64,000 bases of DNA from the human T2T-CHM13v2.0 reference genome, Homo sapiens, in assembly GCF_009914755.1 (NCBI RefSeq), contig NC_060931.1; one strand, 5' to 3'. The translations under genes and the position numbers were made by a program. The first letter of the stretch is position 1; each line of letters begins with the position of its first letter. The notes beneath the pieces were generated by a model that saw only the letters and a list, made by a program, of their open reading frames with translations, did not search any database and was not told where the DNA came from. Shown here piece after piece: positions 45,736 to 58,258 of the stretch.

Positions 45736-46773
45736 GTTGTTGTCGTAATATAAGTAGTTACAGTGAGGGAGATAGATCACATGCTCTCCGAGGTCTTCTC
45801 AAATTCTAAAATTCTGTGGTTCTATGAACAACTCGCTCCCAAATGATGTCAGATAAATGAGATCTCACTGTATACTGGGCAATAAAATCAATGTGGTCAA
45901 TTTTAAATCGTACCCTGTAAGGTAAGGTTGAGCAGGTCATGAATTATTCAAAACTTTGGTTACACTCAATATATTTCTATTTGATCATGGAATGCATAGA
46001 ACTATTTAAAAGAGCATTTTTAACCTTCTCATATTATGTTTAATGATTAAAATGAGTTTGATCTTTCCGTGTTCACTAAGGGAAAAGAAATGGAGCAATG
46101 CTGGATAGTTTATATATGTGCCCCACTTAATCATTAGCGATTTAGGTGAAATCATCGAGCAACTTTTTGGGTAATAAAAAATGCAAGCAGGATATACAGT
46201 TTTGGCCCAGATAACAGACATGCCTATAAATGAGAGCCAGTGGCACATCATCTCCTTATGAAGCTTTTTCAGAATTTCAGGTAGTTCAGGTCCATATGTG
46301 CTTTGAAATTCTAAGGGTGAGAAGATGACTATCACGTGTTTTTCCAATTATATCTTAATTTTCAAAATAGGCTTATTGCAGCATTGATGTCTAATTAGAG
46401 TTGCCGGACACAGTGGCTACAGTCCAATGCTATAATAATCTAATTAACTAAACTCTCCACTTATCATGTAAGTGCCTCCTCACCTACCACACACACCACC
46501 ATTTAAAGTGATATCCTTTTCCTTTCTTCTTTTTTAAATGAAGAATTTGTTCAGGGAGACATTTGGATTGTTCAGTGGTAAAAAAAAAAAAAGCTCCAAA
46601 AAAAAAGCAAATAAGAAAGTAAGAGTTTGTACTGGACAGCAGAAGTGACATCACCTGGGCAGGCAGAGCACCTGTTGAAATCCAAGACTTCATTTACGGA
46701 CTAGCTGTGTGACTTTGGCAAATTACTAAATCTCCCTGAGACTTAGCATCTTTATTTGCAAGCTGGGAATAAT

Positions 46774-47231
46774 CAGAGGAAGTTAACTGAGAAGCTATTG
46801 GGACTTAAGCTTCAGGGCCTTTTATTTGTGTAGGGCATATATGTTCACATAGTCATATGCTTATGTTAAGTTTACAATGTTAAGATACCTTAACTGTGAC
46901 TAGCTAAGAACTCTGTCTCTTTCAGTATGACTTTCTTCCATCACATGGTGAAGATCTTTGGAGAAACCTTGAACAGGTTTGGTGTCATGCTAAGGGAAAG
47001 TTGAGATCCATAAATTTGTGTTTAGTGACAATATTTATGTGCTCTGAAGTTATTTCTCTATATTGTCACATATTGCTAGGCATCTAGTGTAGGAATAATT
47101 TTCAAGTGCACTCCCAGTGCCCATGTTCAGACCTACATATGTATTTGTATTTAAATATTTCAATCTTTTCTTAAAGAGAGATTCCAAAATGACATTAAAT
47201 TCAAGCTCCAGAAAACCTAGATTTTCCTTTG
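46774..47231. mobile_element. hAT-type non-autonomous DNA transposon (subfamily uncertain, Tip100-like)
   Basis: CAGAGGAA...TTCCTTTG inverted termini; 8-bp TSD GGAATAAT/GGGATAAT; TAAGCTTCAGGGCC subterminal motif. Confidence 0.6.
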
Positions 47232-47243
47232 GGGATAATGATA

Positions 47244-47756
47244 TGCTGAGACCAGCTCAGCTGGGGAGACCCTAACCCAGCAGTGCTAGAGGAATTAAAG
47301 ACACACACACAGAAATATAGAGGTGTGAAGTGGGAAATCAGGGGTCTCACAGCCTTCAGAGCTGAGAGCCCCGAACAGGGATTTACCCACATATTTATTA
47401 ACAGCAAACCAGTCATTAGCATTGTTTCTATAGATATTAAATTAACTAAAAGTATCCCTCATGGGAAACAAAGGGATGGGTTGAATTAAAGGAATAGGAT
47501 GGGCTAGTTAACTGCAGCAGGAACTTATCCTTAAGGCACAGATAGCTCATGCTATTGTTTGTAACTTAAGAATGCCTTTAAGCGGTTTTCTGCCCTGGGC
47601 GGGCTAAGTGTTCCTTGCCTTCATTCTGGTAAACCCACAACCTTCCAGCATGGGTGTTAGGGCCATTATGAACATGTTACAGTGCTGCAGAGATTTTATT
47701 TATGGCCAGTTTTGGGGCCAGTTTATGGCCAGATTTTGAGGGGCCTGCTCCCAAAA
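47244..47756 (-). mobile_element. MER9 solo LTR (HERV-K HML3)
   Basis: 513 bp, TGCTGAGACCAGCTC..TATGGCCAGTTTTGGGGCCAGTTTATGGCCAGATTT..GCTCCCAA; perfect 6-bp TSD ATGATA. Confidence 0.93.
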
Positions 47757-48279
47757 ATGATACCTACCTTATACTATTTCTATGAAGATTAATGTGGAAG
47801 TTTTTTCCTACTTTCCTTTGTTTGTTCTGTTTTGCATTCTCATTCTTATTCTGAACAACTCTATAATAAGGACATGAAGATTATCTAATTCAGAGTTTTT
47901 ATGTTTTATTCCCAAGCACTTCTACCCCCTCAAATAAAACCATAGGCGTGATCTTGATGCATGTAATAAGCCAGTAATTGACAGAATTTATATGAAGCTT
48001 AACCCTCACTGTTTGGGTATATCCATCTCTCATTTCTGTAAATCTCCAAAGAACCATGGCGAGCCTCAGGATTCCATACGCTCCATTTGAAAACCCATGA
48101 TTTAACTCAATTCCCTCTTTTTATAATGGAAACTAATTTCAGAGAGGCTAAGTAACCTCTTGTCTTCCCATTCTATGTTCAATTCACCATATCTTTTCTG
48201 TAGGTTTATGATAGCAAACAATTGTTATTATTTATTAGTTTTAAACACAAAGCTACCTGTTTTAAACAAAACAATTTAT

Positions 48280-49680
48280 AAATATTCTTCATGTCATGGA
48301 ATATTTATTCTAGAGGGATTAAATCTTTAAATATAAGTGTTTCCAAACTGGAAGAAAATACAGAAGACTACATGTACAAATGAGGCTTTGAGGTAACCTA
48401 TTACCAAAGCCATCAGAGATCTGTAAAAATCTGAAACTTTTGTGTGTAAATGTACAACATATAATGTTGTTCTCCACATACTAAATTGGCAAATTATGTT
48501 TGCAACAGTTATGGCACATACAAACTGCTCTTAGAAATATAAATTATGCAAAGAATGATGACTCAGAAGCCCACAGAAGAGCACATTTCAATGGCCCCAG
48601 ACTTCCAAAAAAAAATTTCAGGCTCCTGGTAATGAGAGAAATGCAAATTAAGTAGCAATGAAGCTCTCACTTCACATCCATCAGAGTGGCAAAAAATTAA
48701 AAGTGATAATAACTACTGTTGGTGGGGATGAGTTAAAAGGGTACTTTCATTTATTTCTGGCAAAAATGAAAATTGTTATAGGCTTTCAGAAAACAATTTT
48801 GAAATATCTATTCCAATAAAAAAAAAATGCAAGTCCTCTTTCCAGGGCCACAGCATGACTTTCATGGGCCCTAGAAACTTGTGCCTGTGTTGTCTTCTTT
48901 CTCTATTAATATTATATATATATGTGATAAGATTTGGCTGTGTGCCCACCCAAATCTCATCTTGAATTGTAACTCCCATAATTCCCATGTGTTGTGGGAG
49001 GGACCTGGTGGGAGACAATTGAATCATGGGGGCAGTTCCCCCATACTGTTCTCGTGGTAGTGAATAAGTCTCACGAGATCTGATGGTTTTATAAGGGGTG
49101 TCCGGTTTTGCTTGGCTCTCATTCTCTCTTGCCTGCCACCATGTAAGATGTCTCTTTGCTCTTCCTTTATCTTTCCCCATGATTGTGAGCCTCCCTAGCC
49201 ATGTGGAACTGTGAGTCCATTAAACCTCTTTCCTTTATAAATTACTCAGTCTCGAGTTTGTCTTTATTAGCAGCATGAGAATGAACTGATAATACACACA
49301 CACACATACACGTACTCATAGACATATATATGTATGTATACATATACAGACAGAAAATATATTTTATGATTGTGTTGGTGTAAAGAGGAATATAAGTCAA
49401 ACTGAATTTATTATTACTGGATTTACTTTTTCTTAAATTTTTAAGATAAAAATATTCCCTGAATCCCTAACATCTTGTGGGCCCTGGGCACGATGCCTTT
49501 TGTGCTCAACAATACAAGCCCTAACTCCTCACTCAGAAATTTGTCTACTGAAACCAGAACTTCAGTGATGTTTACTTTCAGCATTTTGGTAGTAGCAAAA
49601 ACTAGACACAAAGTGAAAACCTTCAGTGGGCAATAATTGAGTAAATTTGGTTAGTATGATACCATTTTAGAAAAAAAATG
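48280..49680 (+). mobile_element. L1ME-like fragment, interrupted at about 48840-49515
   Basis: GAGAAATGCAAATTAA..CACATCCATCAGAGTGGCAAAAAATTAAAAG; L1-like text resumes near 49515. Confidence 0.6.
48925..49296 (+). mobile_element. THE1C-like solo LTR
   Basis: TGATAAGATTTGGCTGTG..GTCTTTATTAGCAGCATGAGAA..AATACA. Confidence 0.92.
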
Positions 49681-49711
49681 TAAGCCAACACAACTGTGTG
49701 TATGTGAGTTG

Positions 49712-50540
49712 TCTGTGTTAGTTATCTATTGCAATCTAACAAGCCTCCCTAAAAATTAAGTGCTTAAAACAACAATCACTTTATTTACCCATGATTCGAA
49801 TAGGTTATCAATCTGAGATAGGCTCTTCTGAATAATTCTTTGCTAGTCTTCCATAGGGTAATTCATGCAGCTGTAGTCAAATGACAGCTTGCCTGGGGCT
49901 GGGCAGTCTGTGATGTCCATGTCCTTCCACACAAGTCTGATGGTTAGTCTGTTCCTCAGCTGGGCCATATGCTGCCAGCAAGCCAGCCCAGCTTTCTTCA
50001 CATAGGTTTGAAAAGCAACTTTTAAAACCTAAGGTTGCATCACTGATATGATTTGACTGTGTCCCCACCCAAATCTCACCTTAAATTGTAGCTCCCATAA
50101 TTCCCACGTGTTGTAGAGGGACCCAGTGGGAAATAATTAAATCATGGGAGACAATTTCCCCTATACTATTCTCGTGGTAGTGAATAAGTCTCCAAGATCT
50201 GATGGTTGTATAAGGGGTTTCCCCTTTCACTTGGGTCTCATTCTCTCTTGCCTGCCGCCATGTAAGATGTGACTTTCACCTTCCGCCATGATTGTGAAGC
50301 CTCCCCAGCCATGTGGAACAGTGAGTCAATTAAACCTCCTTCTTTTATAAATTACCCAGTCTCAGGTATATCTTTATTAACATCATGAGAACAGACTAAT
50401 CAAATCACATTTGCTAATGTCTCTTTAATCAAAACAAGCCATATGATCAGACCCAGAATCATGGTGGGAGGGCCCTGACAAGAGCACAGATGAGAGGAGG
50501 TATGATTCATTAAAGAACACTACTGTAAAATTCTGTCAAT
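49712..50540 (-). mobile_element. MLT1 (G/H/I-like) LTR split by THE1
   Basis: TGTGTTAGTTATCTATTGC..GCTTAAAACAACAATC; ATCACATTTGCTAATGTC..AAGCCATATG. Confidence 0.7.
50044..50403 (+). mobile_element. THE1 (B/C-like) solo LTR
   Basis: TGATATGATTTGACTGTGTCCCCACCC..; perfect 5-bp TSD ATCAC. Confidence 0.93.
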
Positions 50541-50879
50541 GTGTGCAATTGCATATTTATGTACACATTATCATGTTGGTATGGTAAAGATCAGCAGGAA
50601 AAAAAGAAAATGGAACTATTAATAATTTTATTCAGATAGAGTGAAGTTACTTACTGTTTAATAACAGTTTATATTACTTATATATTAATTCATTAAAAGC
50701 TGTTTATCAAGTGCCTACTCTATGCTAGATGAGTGCTGAGTATAGAACAATCTTCTGGAAAAGTGAACATCAAGGGACATGCCCACAACTAAGACCGTTT
50801 ACTTAGTTATTGTAACACCATCTTTTGAGGATTAAAAAAAGTAGATATGTACTTGTGCATCATAATTTCTTAGCCTAGG

Positions 50880-53800
50880 ACAAATGCTTTATTACAGTTA
50901 AATACTCAATATGATTTGTGTGACCCCTTGGAGCTTGGGTGAAGCCAGTGTACAGGGAAAGGAGAAAAGCCAATACAACAGTGCATTGTCAAGTTGACTG
51001 TGGTCAGTTGAGTCAGGTTTTCAGTCCCAGGGCAGCTCCCTGAGGAAACCTCTGAAACACATCGCAGATCTTTCTGCCCAGGAGTACACATGGATGAAAC
51101 TGATTCTCATCCCCTTTGTTCGAGTGACTCCAAGGGCATTGACTTTACCAGATTTTTGGCATATGCATGCATGAGGCCACATCAATTTCTGAGACTAACC
51201 CTGCTCTGCAGTATCAATGAAACCCTCAGGGCAAGAAGCAAGAGGAACAGGGCAGATGCTGTATCTGTGATTAGCTAATCAAAACCTAGGAGACATTGGT
51301 TACCACAGCAGTGGCTGCAGTAAGAGGTGGGGCCAAAAGGATATAAATTAGTATACAAGAAGTGTCTGATACAGCCCACCCCTTGCAGAACTGAGACTTG
51401 CTCATGTCTTCTCTCAAGTCTAATCTGTCATAAAGTCATCTTCAATCTCTGCAAAGTTTCAATACAAAAGATTGGCAGAATAAGTGATAATCCCTGTATT
51501 ACAGCTGAATCCAAGGCAATAATTGATATTATTTATCCTTTCCTTCAACTCATCCTAAGCCAGTATTTCAGCTGGTTGCTTGACTGATGCAGTGACCCAG
51601 ACTTTCATCTCCTGGAGATCTAGGTCCTTAGTTACCTTGCTCTTCACCAGCCACTAATGCTGCGGTTGCTTAATCACCATTAACACTGAGCACAGAAGCA
51701 GCAACAGGTATTACATTCAATCCCCTGGGCTCCAGACATTCTTCTCCCTGCCTGCTAGGGGGCAGCAGCGCTGTCTCCTCAGCTCATTCAGATAAGCTAC
51801 CTTTGCCAGAACAGTAGTAACTCCTTTCTTTGCTTGATGGTCCACTGGCATGAGGAGCTTTGTTTTTGTTTTTATTTTTGTTTTTTTGTTTTGTCTTTAT
51901 TTCTTCTAAAAACACACAGACACACACACACACAACAACAACGGGATACATGTGCAGAACATGCAGGTTTGTTACATAGGTCTACGTGTGCCATGGTGGT
52001 TTGCTGTACCTATTGACCTATCCTTTAAGTTCCCTCCCTGCACCCCACACACCCCAACAGGCCCTGGTGTGTGTTGTTCCCCTCTCCGTGTCCATGTGTT
52101 CTCAATATTCAACTCTCACTTATGAGTGAGAACATGCGGTGTTGGGTTTTCTTTTCCTGTGTTAGTTTGCTAAGGATGATGGCTTCCAGCTTCATCTATG
52201 TCCCTGAAAAGGACATGATCTCATTCCTTTTTATGGCTGTGTAGTATTCCATGGTGTATAGTGCCACATTTTCTTTATCCAGTCTATCACTGATGGGCAT
52301 TTTGGTTGGTTCTATGTCTTTGCTATTGTAAATAGTGCTGCAGTAAACATGTGTGCATGTGTCTTTATAAGAGAATGATTTATAATACTTTGGGTATGTA
52401 CCCAGTAATGGGACTGCTGAGTCAAATGGTGTTTCTGGTTCTAGATCCTTGAGGAATTGCCACACTGTCTTCCACAAGGGTTGAACTAATTTTCATTCCT
52501 ACCAACAGTGTGAAAGTGTTCCTATTTCTCCACAGCCTCACCAGCATCTATTGTTTTCTGACTTTTTAATAATCGCCATTCTGACTGGTGTGAGATGGTG
52601 TCTCATTGTGGTTTAGATTTGCATTTCTCTGACGATCAGTGAATTTGAGCTTTTTTTCATATGTTTGTTGGGAGCCTAAATGTCTTCTTTTGAAAAGTGT
52701 CTGTTCATATTATTTGCCCACTTTTTGATGGGGTTGTTTGATTTTTTCTTATAAATATGTTTAAGTTCCTTGTAAATTCTGGATATTAGACCTTTGTCAG
52801 ATGGGTAGATTCCAAAAATTTTCTCCCATTCTGTAGGTTGCCTGTTCACTCTGATGATAGTTCCTTTTGCTGTGCAGACGCTCTTCAGTTTAATTAGATC
52901 CCATTTGTCAACTTTGGCTTTTGTTGCAATTGCTTTTGACATTTTTGTCATGAAGTCTCTGCCCATGCCTATGTCCTGAATGGTATTGCATAGGTTTTCT
53001 TCTAGGGTTTTTATGATTTTGGGTTTTAAATTTAAGTCTTTAGTCCATCTTGAGATAATTCTGTATAAGGTGTAAGGAAGGGGTCCAGTTTCAGTTTTCT
53101 GCATATGGCTAGCCAATTTTCCCAGGACCATTTACTGAATAGGAGATCGTTTCCCCATTGCTTGTTTTTGTCGCATTTGTCAAAGAGCAGATGCTTGTAG
53201 ATGTATGGTGTTATTTCTGAGGTCTCTGTTCTGTTCCATTGGTCTATATGTCTGTTTCGGTACCAGTACATGCTCTTTTGGTTACTGTAGCCTTGTAGTA
53301 TAGTTTGAAGTCAGATAGCATGATGCCTCCACCTTTGTTCTTTTTACTTAGGATTGTCTTGGCTATTTGGGGTCTTCTTTGATTCCATATGAAATTTTAA
53401 ACATTTATAATTCTGTGAAGAATGTCAATGGTAGTTTGATGGGAATAGTATTGAATCTATAAATTACTTTGGGCAGTATGGCCATTTTCATGATAATGAT
53501 TCTTCCTCTCCGTGAGGATGAAATGTTTTTCCATTTGTTGATGTCCTGTCTTATTTTCTTGAGCAATGGTTTGTAGTTCTCCTTGAAGAGGTCCTTCACG
53601 TCCCTTGTAAGTTGTATTCCTAGGTTTTTATTCTCTTTGTAGTAATTGTGAGTGGGAGTTCATTCATGATTTGGCTCTCTGCTTACCTATTGTTGGTGTA
53701 AAGGAATTCTTGTGATTTTTGCACATTGATTTTGTATCCTGAGATTTTGCTGAAGTTGCTTATCAGTTCAAGATGTTTTGAGGCTGAGATGATGGGGTTT

Positions 53801-54130
53801 TCTAAATATAAAATCATGTCATCTGCAAACAGAGACAACTGGACTTCTAACCTGCGGAGCTTTAAGTGACCAGGTCACAGCCATTCTTTGAAGTAAAGGG
53901 GAACCCATATACTTGACAGATATGGTAAGACCAATGCCTCCCATGGCAAATCCTGCTGAGGTCTATAAAAAGTAGTCACCACAGCAGTTCTGGTATAAGG
54001 GATGAGTCAAGGGATTTGAAGCAGTGGGCTCGATGTGTCTGATATAGTAATATGTAATCTACATAGAGGAGTTAATTATCCACACCATGTCTTCTTTTCT
54101 TCCCCCATTTCTTATCACATACACCCTGGA
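50880..54130 (-). mobile_element. ERVL remnant: LTR16-like LTR (about 50880-51365) plus pol/dUTPase-region internal sequence, split by L1PA8
   Basis: Minus strand near 51790-51858 reads LLMPVDHQAKKGVT, resembling ERVL internal protein; it continues beyond the L1 at about 53850; boundaries approximate. Confidence 0.6.
51860..53848 (-). mobile_element. 5'-truncated L1PA8-like LINE (about 2 kb: ORF2 C-terminal part plus 3' UTR)
   Basis: ORFs 52196-53599 match L1 ORF2 ([36 protein letters not shown]); 3' UTR TAAGTTCCCTCCC..AACAGGCCCTGGTGTGTG; TSD core GGAGCTTT. Confidence 0.93.
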
Positions 54131-54507
54131 ATCAGAGCTATTTATTTAAATAACACACGCATTATATTTGAATTATTTGGTTGCACATGCTGTATAAAGC
54201 AATACATTATTTTTATTAGAATGTCAATGATCATATAATTGTTTGATAAAAATTTTTCTTTTATGGAAATTTTCTCTGAGGGGGGAATATCACAATTTTC
54301 ATAGAAGGATTTAGAAGTTGCACTATATAGTGAGAAATGAGTACTACAGATCCTTAGCAAATATGACTTTATTCTTCCACTTTTAACAACATAAATGCCT
54401 TGGAAAAAATCACTCAATTTGATCATGATTGAAATTCCCGGTGGAAAAATATATTTGGGATTTGTTAATTATTTTTCAGTGGGGTTCTCTTTTTTGAGAG
54501 AGCTGAG

Positions 54508-54860
54508 TGATATGGTTTGACTGTGTCCCCACCCAAATCTCACCTTAAATTGTAATAATCCCCATATGTCAAGGGCAGGGCCAGGTGGAAATGATTGAAT
54601 CATGGGGTGGTTTCCACCATGCTGTTCTTGTGGTAGTGAATAAGTCTCATGAGATCTGATTGTTTTATAAATAGGAGTTCCCCTGCACAATCTCTCTTGC
54701 CTGCCACCATGTAAGATATGCCTTTGCTCTTCCTTCATCTTCCACCATGATTGTGAGGCCTCCCCAGCTATGTGGAACTGGGAGTCCATTAAACTATTTC
54801 CTTTATAAATTACCCAGTCTCATATGTCTTTATTAGCAGCATGAGAATGGACTAAATACA
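54508..54860 (+). mobile_element. THE1 (B/C-like) solo LTR
   Basis: TGATATGGTTTGACTGTG...AATACA; perfect 5-bp TSD CTGAG. Confidence 0.94.
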
Positions 54861-55945
54861 CTGAGCATGAGTGGAAGAAAGTCTCAAACTGAAGTGAAGA
54901 AAAAGGGAAGGGGCTGATGTGGGGAGAGGAGCAGTCCCTCAGCAGCAATGTCAAGTTCATTTGCTTTGCCTCTGGCCACTGAGGAAAGACAATGCCAGGC
55001 AACTGTAGAGCTGGGCCAGCACCTTCTGAAACGATCTTGTTCCCCAAATAACAACAACAGATATTATATAGCAGGTAAACTAACAAGTAAAGGCAGAAGT
55101 GAAAAAAATTGTTCTGTGAAAATATATGTACTATATGTACATATAGATATAGTATATACGTTTGTGTGTGTACTTAAACCACAATGCTGTAAGAAATCAT
55201 AAATTTATCTGAAAATACTGGGTAAGGAGATAGTATCCATAAAAAATACTATTCCCATAGAATTTAAATATTCAGTGAGCTTTCACTGACTAACTTGCAT
55301 ACACCAGGCACTGTGCTATCAGGTATGGATGTAGCAAAAATTATGATATGGTTCTTATGTGCATTAAGGTAAACATTATCCAGAAATATGTAGGCTTTCT
55401 TGTTTTCTTAAATTAGAAGACAAACAGTATAGGTTTCTCCTGTTAGCTCAGGTATATCATTATCAGGTTCAACTATTCTAGCAGGTGGTAATAAATTGTT
55501 TTTCTTCTCATGCTGTCTGCTGTAAATAGGATCAATAAAGTCAGAATAAAGATCACAAAAACTTTCATTACAGTGCGAATAGTTTAATGCAGCAGTTTCT
55601 ATGTGCCTAGATTTTGGCAGATGCTTTAAGATTCTGGAATATTTGAAAATATTATTACTTCTCTGGTCCTTGATTGTGTAAGGAATGCTGAAGTTATTGA
55701 CTCCTTAATCTCTACTGAAGGGGCTTACTTTGAAGACTAGCAATTTCATTATTTGATTCTGATTCTGAGATGACTTTAACAGAATCTCAAGCAATGTAAG
55801 TCACATTTAGCAATCATAGCAATAGTCTGATATTTTTGAAACCTGTCCTATTATAAAACAAGCCTACATTTATATAATCCTCATATCTCAAAAGAAGTTG
55901 GAGAAAGCCACTGCCTGGGAAGTTCCTTATCCTGAACCTAAATCA

Positions 55946-56039
55946 GATGCTAATATCTTGTTGCTGCATTGGTTTTAACAGTAGACTCTCAAGGATGCTA
56001 ATATCTTGTTGCTGTTTCGGTTTGAAAAAAGACTCTCAA
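55946..56039. repeat. Two-copy tandem duplication, about 48-bp period
   Basis: GATGCTAATATCTTGTTGCTG..GGTTT..AGACTCTCAA occurs twice. Confidence 0.92.
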
Positions 56040-56853
56040 CTTGTATTCATCGATGGGTGTTCTCTATTTCTTAACAGGATTATCTATATTTGAATCTTCT
56101 TTTAACTCTGACTGAAGAGCTCTGAAATCACCAATAATGTCTTCATTACTACATCAATACTTAAATAATGGACAATAAATTATAAAGGCTTAGCAAAGAC
56201 ATTCAGATTATTATGGCCTTTTGAAATATGCACCATAAACTATTAACTTAGAGTGCTTGGCCAAAGTAAAACTTGAATATCCCATCAAATTCCTCATTTT
56301 TATGAGAAAATTTATACTCAGAAAATTTAAGTGACAAATAATCCAAGTCATATGGACTGTAAGTTACAGAACCAAGTCACAAAAAGGAGTTCTGATTCTT
56401 GATCTAAAAGTCTTCCCACTGTGTCCTTCTATGGCCTTCAGTTTTGGGCGGTGTATTTTGTTTGTTTTTTATTTGAGTTATATGCGAGTTTAAACACAAT
56501 TCTTTCTGCTATGGGAAACGGCCTGTTTCATTTTCAAATTTTGAAGCTCACATTTTTTAATGGTTTATTTTTTCATTAAATTTAAAAGGCTTTATTTAAC
56601 AATTAAAAATCAGTCCTATTTCCTCATTCATTGAATTCCATAAATTACAGTAAAACATTTTAAAGCTGTAAATTAGTATACAAACGTAGCTATCTTTTTA
56701 TTATTTGAATCATAAAATGACTTTAAATGACTAAAGTTTGCATTTAGAATTAACACTTTTTAATTTAAAAATCTGATTTTTCATTTAACTGTGATTTGTT
56801 TAGCTAAAAACAAATGGAGAATTTGAATTTCTTTACTCCATTTTACTTTCCTC

Positions 56854-56854
<1 letters not shown>

Positions 56855-56887
<33 letters not shown>
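56855..56887. repeat. (CA)n microsatellite
   Basis: Seen directly. Confidence 0.96.
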
Positions 56888-56890
<3 letters not shown>

Positions 56891-57019
56891 ATATAAATAA
56901 GAAAAATCTACACTTCCAAGAGTCATTTCCTTAGTGAATCACATCCCTCACTTTTCTCCACACTGTCCTTCAACAATGAGAATAAAATACGCCTTCTTCC
57001 TCCATAATATCAGTAGAAA

Positions 57020-57975
57020 CAATTCAGCACAATGTTTAAACAAGTGTTAGGACCCTGTAGCCAGAATTCCTGTGTTCAAATCCTGGCTCTGCCTTTTTCT
57101 AGGTGAGCAATCCTAGACAAGTTAACTATTAAATAATTGCTTTGAGCAGATGGCAGTGACAGAGCCCTTGAAGAATAGCTCTCTCTCCAGGCCAGCAGAA
57201 GAAAAATGACAGTGCAAGACACAGGATAGGACAGTCAAGAGGCAAAAAGAAATACAAGCTAAGGGCACAGAAATGAAGAGAAGAATGTTTCCATGAGGAG
57301 TCAGCCAACAATGACAATGTCTACTAAACTCCTAGAGAATGAGAACGTAGTGAAAGCCCAGGGTAGGTATCAGTGACATTCTTGAAGGTGAGACAGCAGT
57401 GATAACATTCTGACTTGAGGGGCTAAGGTGTAAGTGGTGAAGAAGCAGGAGTTCCCCTAGATTGGACAGGGAAACGGGACTAGCATGTAGCACGTGTCTA
57501 CCTGCCCTTGAATCTAAGATCGCAGAGACCAGTGCAGATGAATAGAGAAGATGCAGCCAATGGAAAAAAGAGAGGAGGTAAATGGAGAAAACCATTAAAT
57601 GATCTCAGGACAAGCATGGAATCACATGGTTCTGGGGAGGAAGTGTAAGGAAAGTCCTTCTCTTGTCTTCCTTGCAACCTCCTATTCATCCTATAAGACT
57701 TAGCATAAAACCACTTCACAAATAAAGTATTTCCAAACTGTCCTAAATCAACTTATCCAGTTTATTTTTCTAAAGTCTCTGAGTACTTTGTTTTATACTC
57801 TTTTATAACATCTAACAAATTATATATATTATTTAGTTAACATGCCTGCCCCATGTATTACATAGCAAATTCCCCAGAGCTAGGATTTATGACTTTTTTA
57901 CTTTTTTCTTCCTAGGGCAAGGTATAGTGTTAGATACTACTACCACATTAGTAGGTGTTCCTAAAATAATTAGCA
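57020..57975. mobile_element. Mixed MIR and L2 remnants
   Basis: GTTCAAATCCTGGCTCTGCC (MIR head), purine-rich antisense L2-like text, TAGTAGGTGTTCCTAAAATA L2 end; boundaries approximate. Confidence 0.5.
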
Positions 57976-57985
57976 ATAAGAAAGG

Positions 57986-58258
57986 GGCTGAGGTGGTGGT
58001 TTGCGCCTGTAATCCCAGCACTTTGGGAGGGCCAAGGTCAGGTGTAAGAGACCAGTCTGGCCAACATGGTGAAACCCTGTCTCTACTAAAAGCACAAAAA
58101 TTAGCCAGGCATGCTGGCGCGTGCCTGTAATCCCAGCTACCAAGGCAGGAGAATCGCTTGAACCCGGGAGGTGGAGGTTTCAGTGAGCCGAGATCGCGTC
58201 ATTGCACTCCAGCCTAGGCGACGAGCAAAACTCTATCTCAAAAGAAAAGAAAAAAAAG
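57986..58258 (+). mobile_element. AluS SINE with two short internal deletions
   Basis: GGGCCAAGGTCAGG and CAGCTACCAAGGCAGG junctions lack consensus segments. Confidence 0.9.

Larger units (their letters stand above)
46625..47800 (+). mobile_element. MIR SINE split by two nested insertions
   Basis: CTAGCTGTGTGACTTTGGCAAATTACT..TGGGAATAAT resumes as GGGATAATGATA and ATGATACCTACCTTATA..GAAGATTAA. Confidence 0.65.

Noticed and set aside
52196-53599. ORFs with clear protein similarity
   Set aside because: Frameshifted L1 ORF2 fragments of a 5'-truncated, inactive element.
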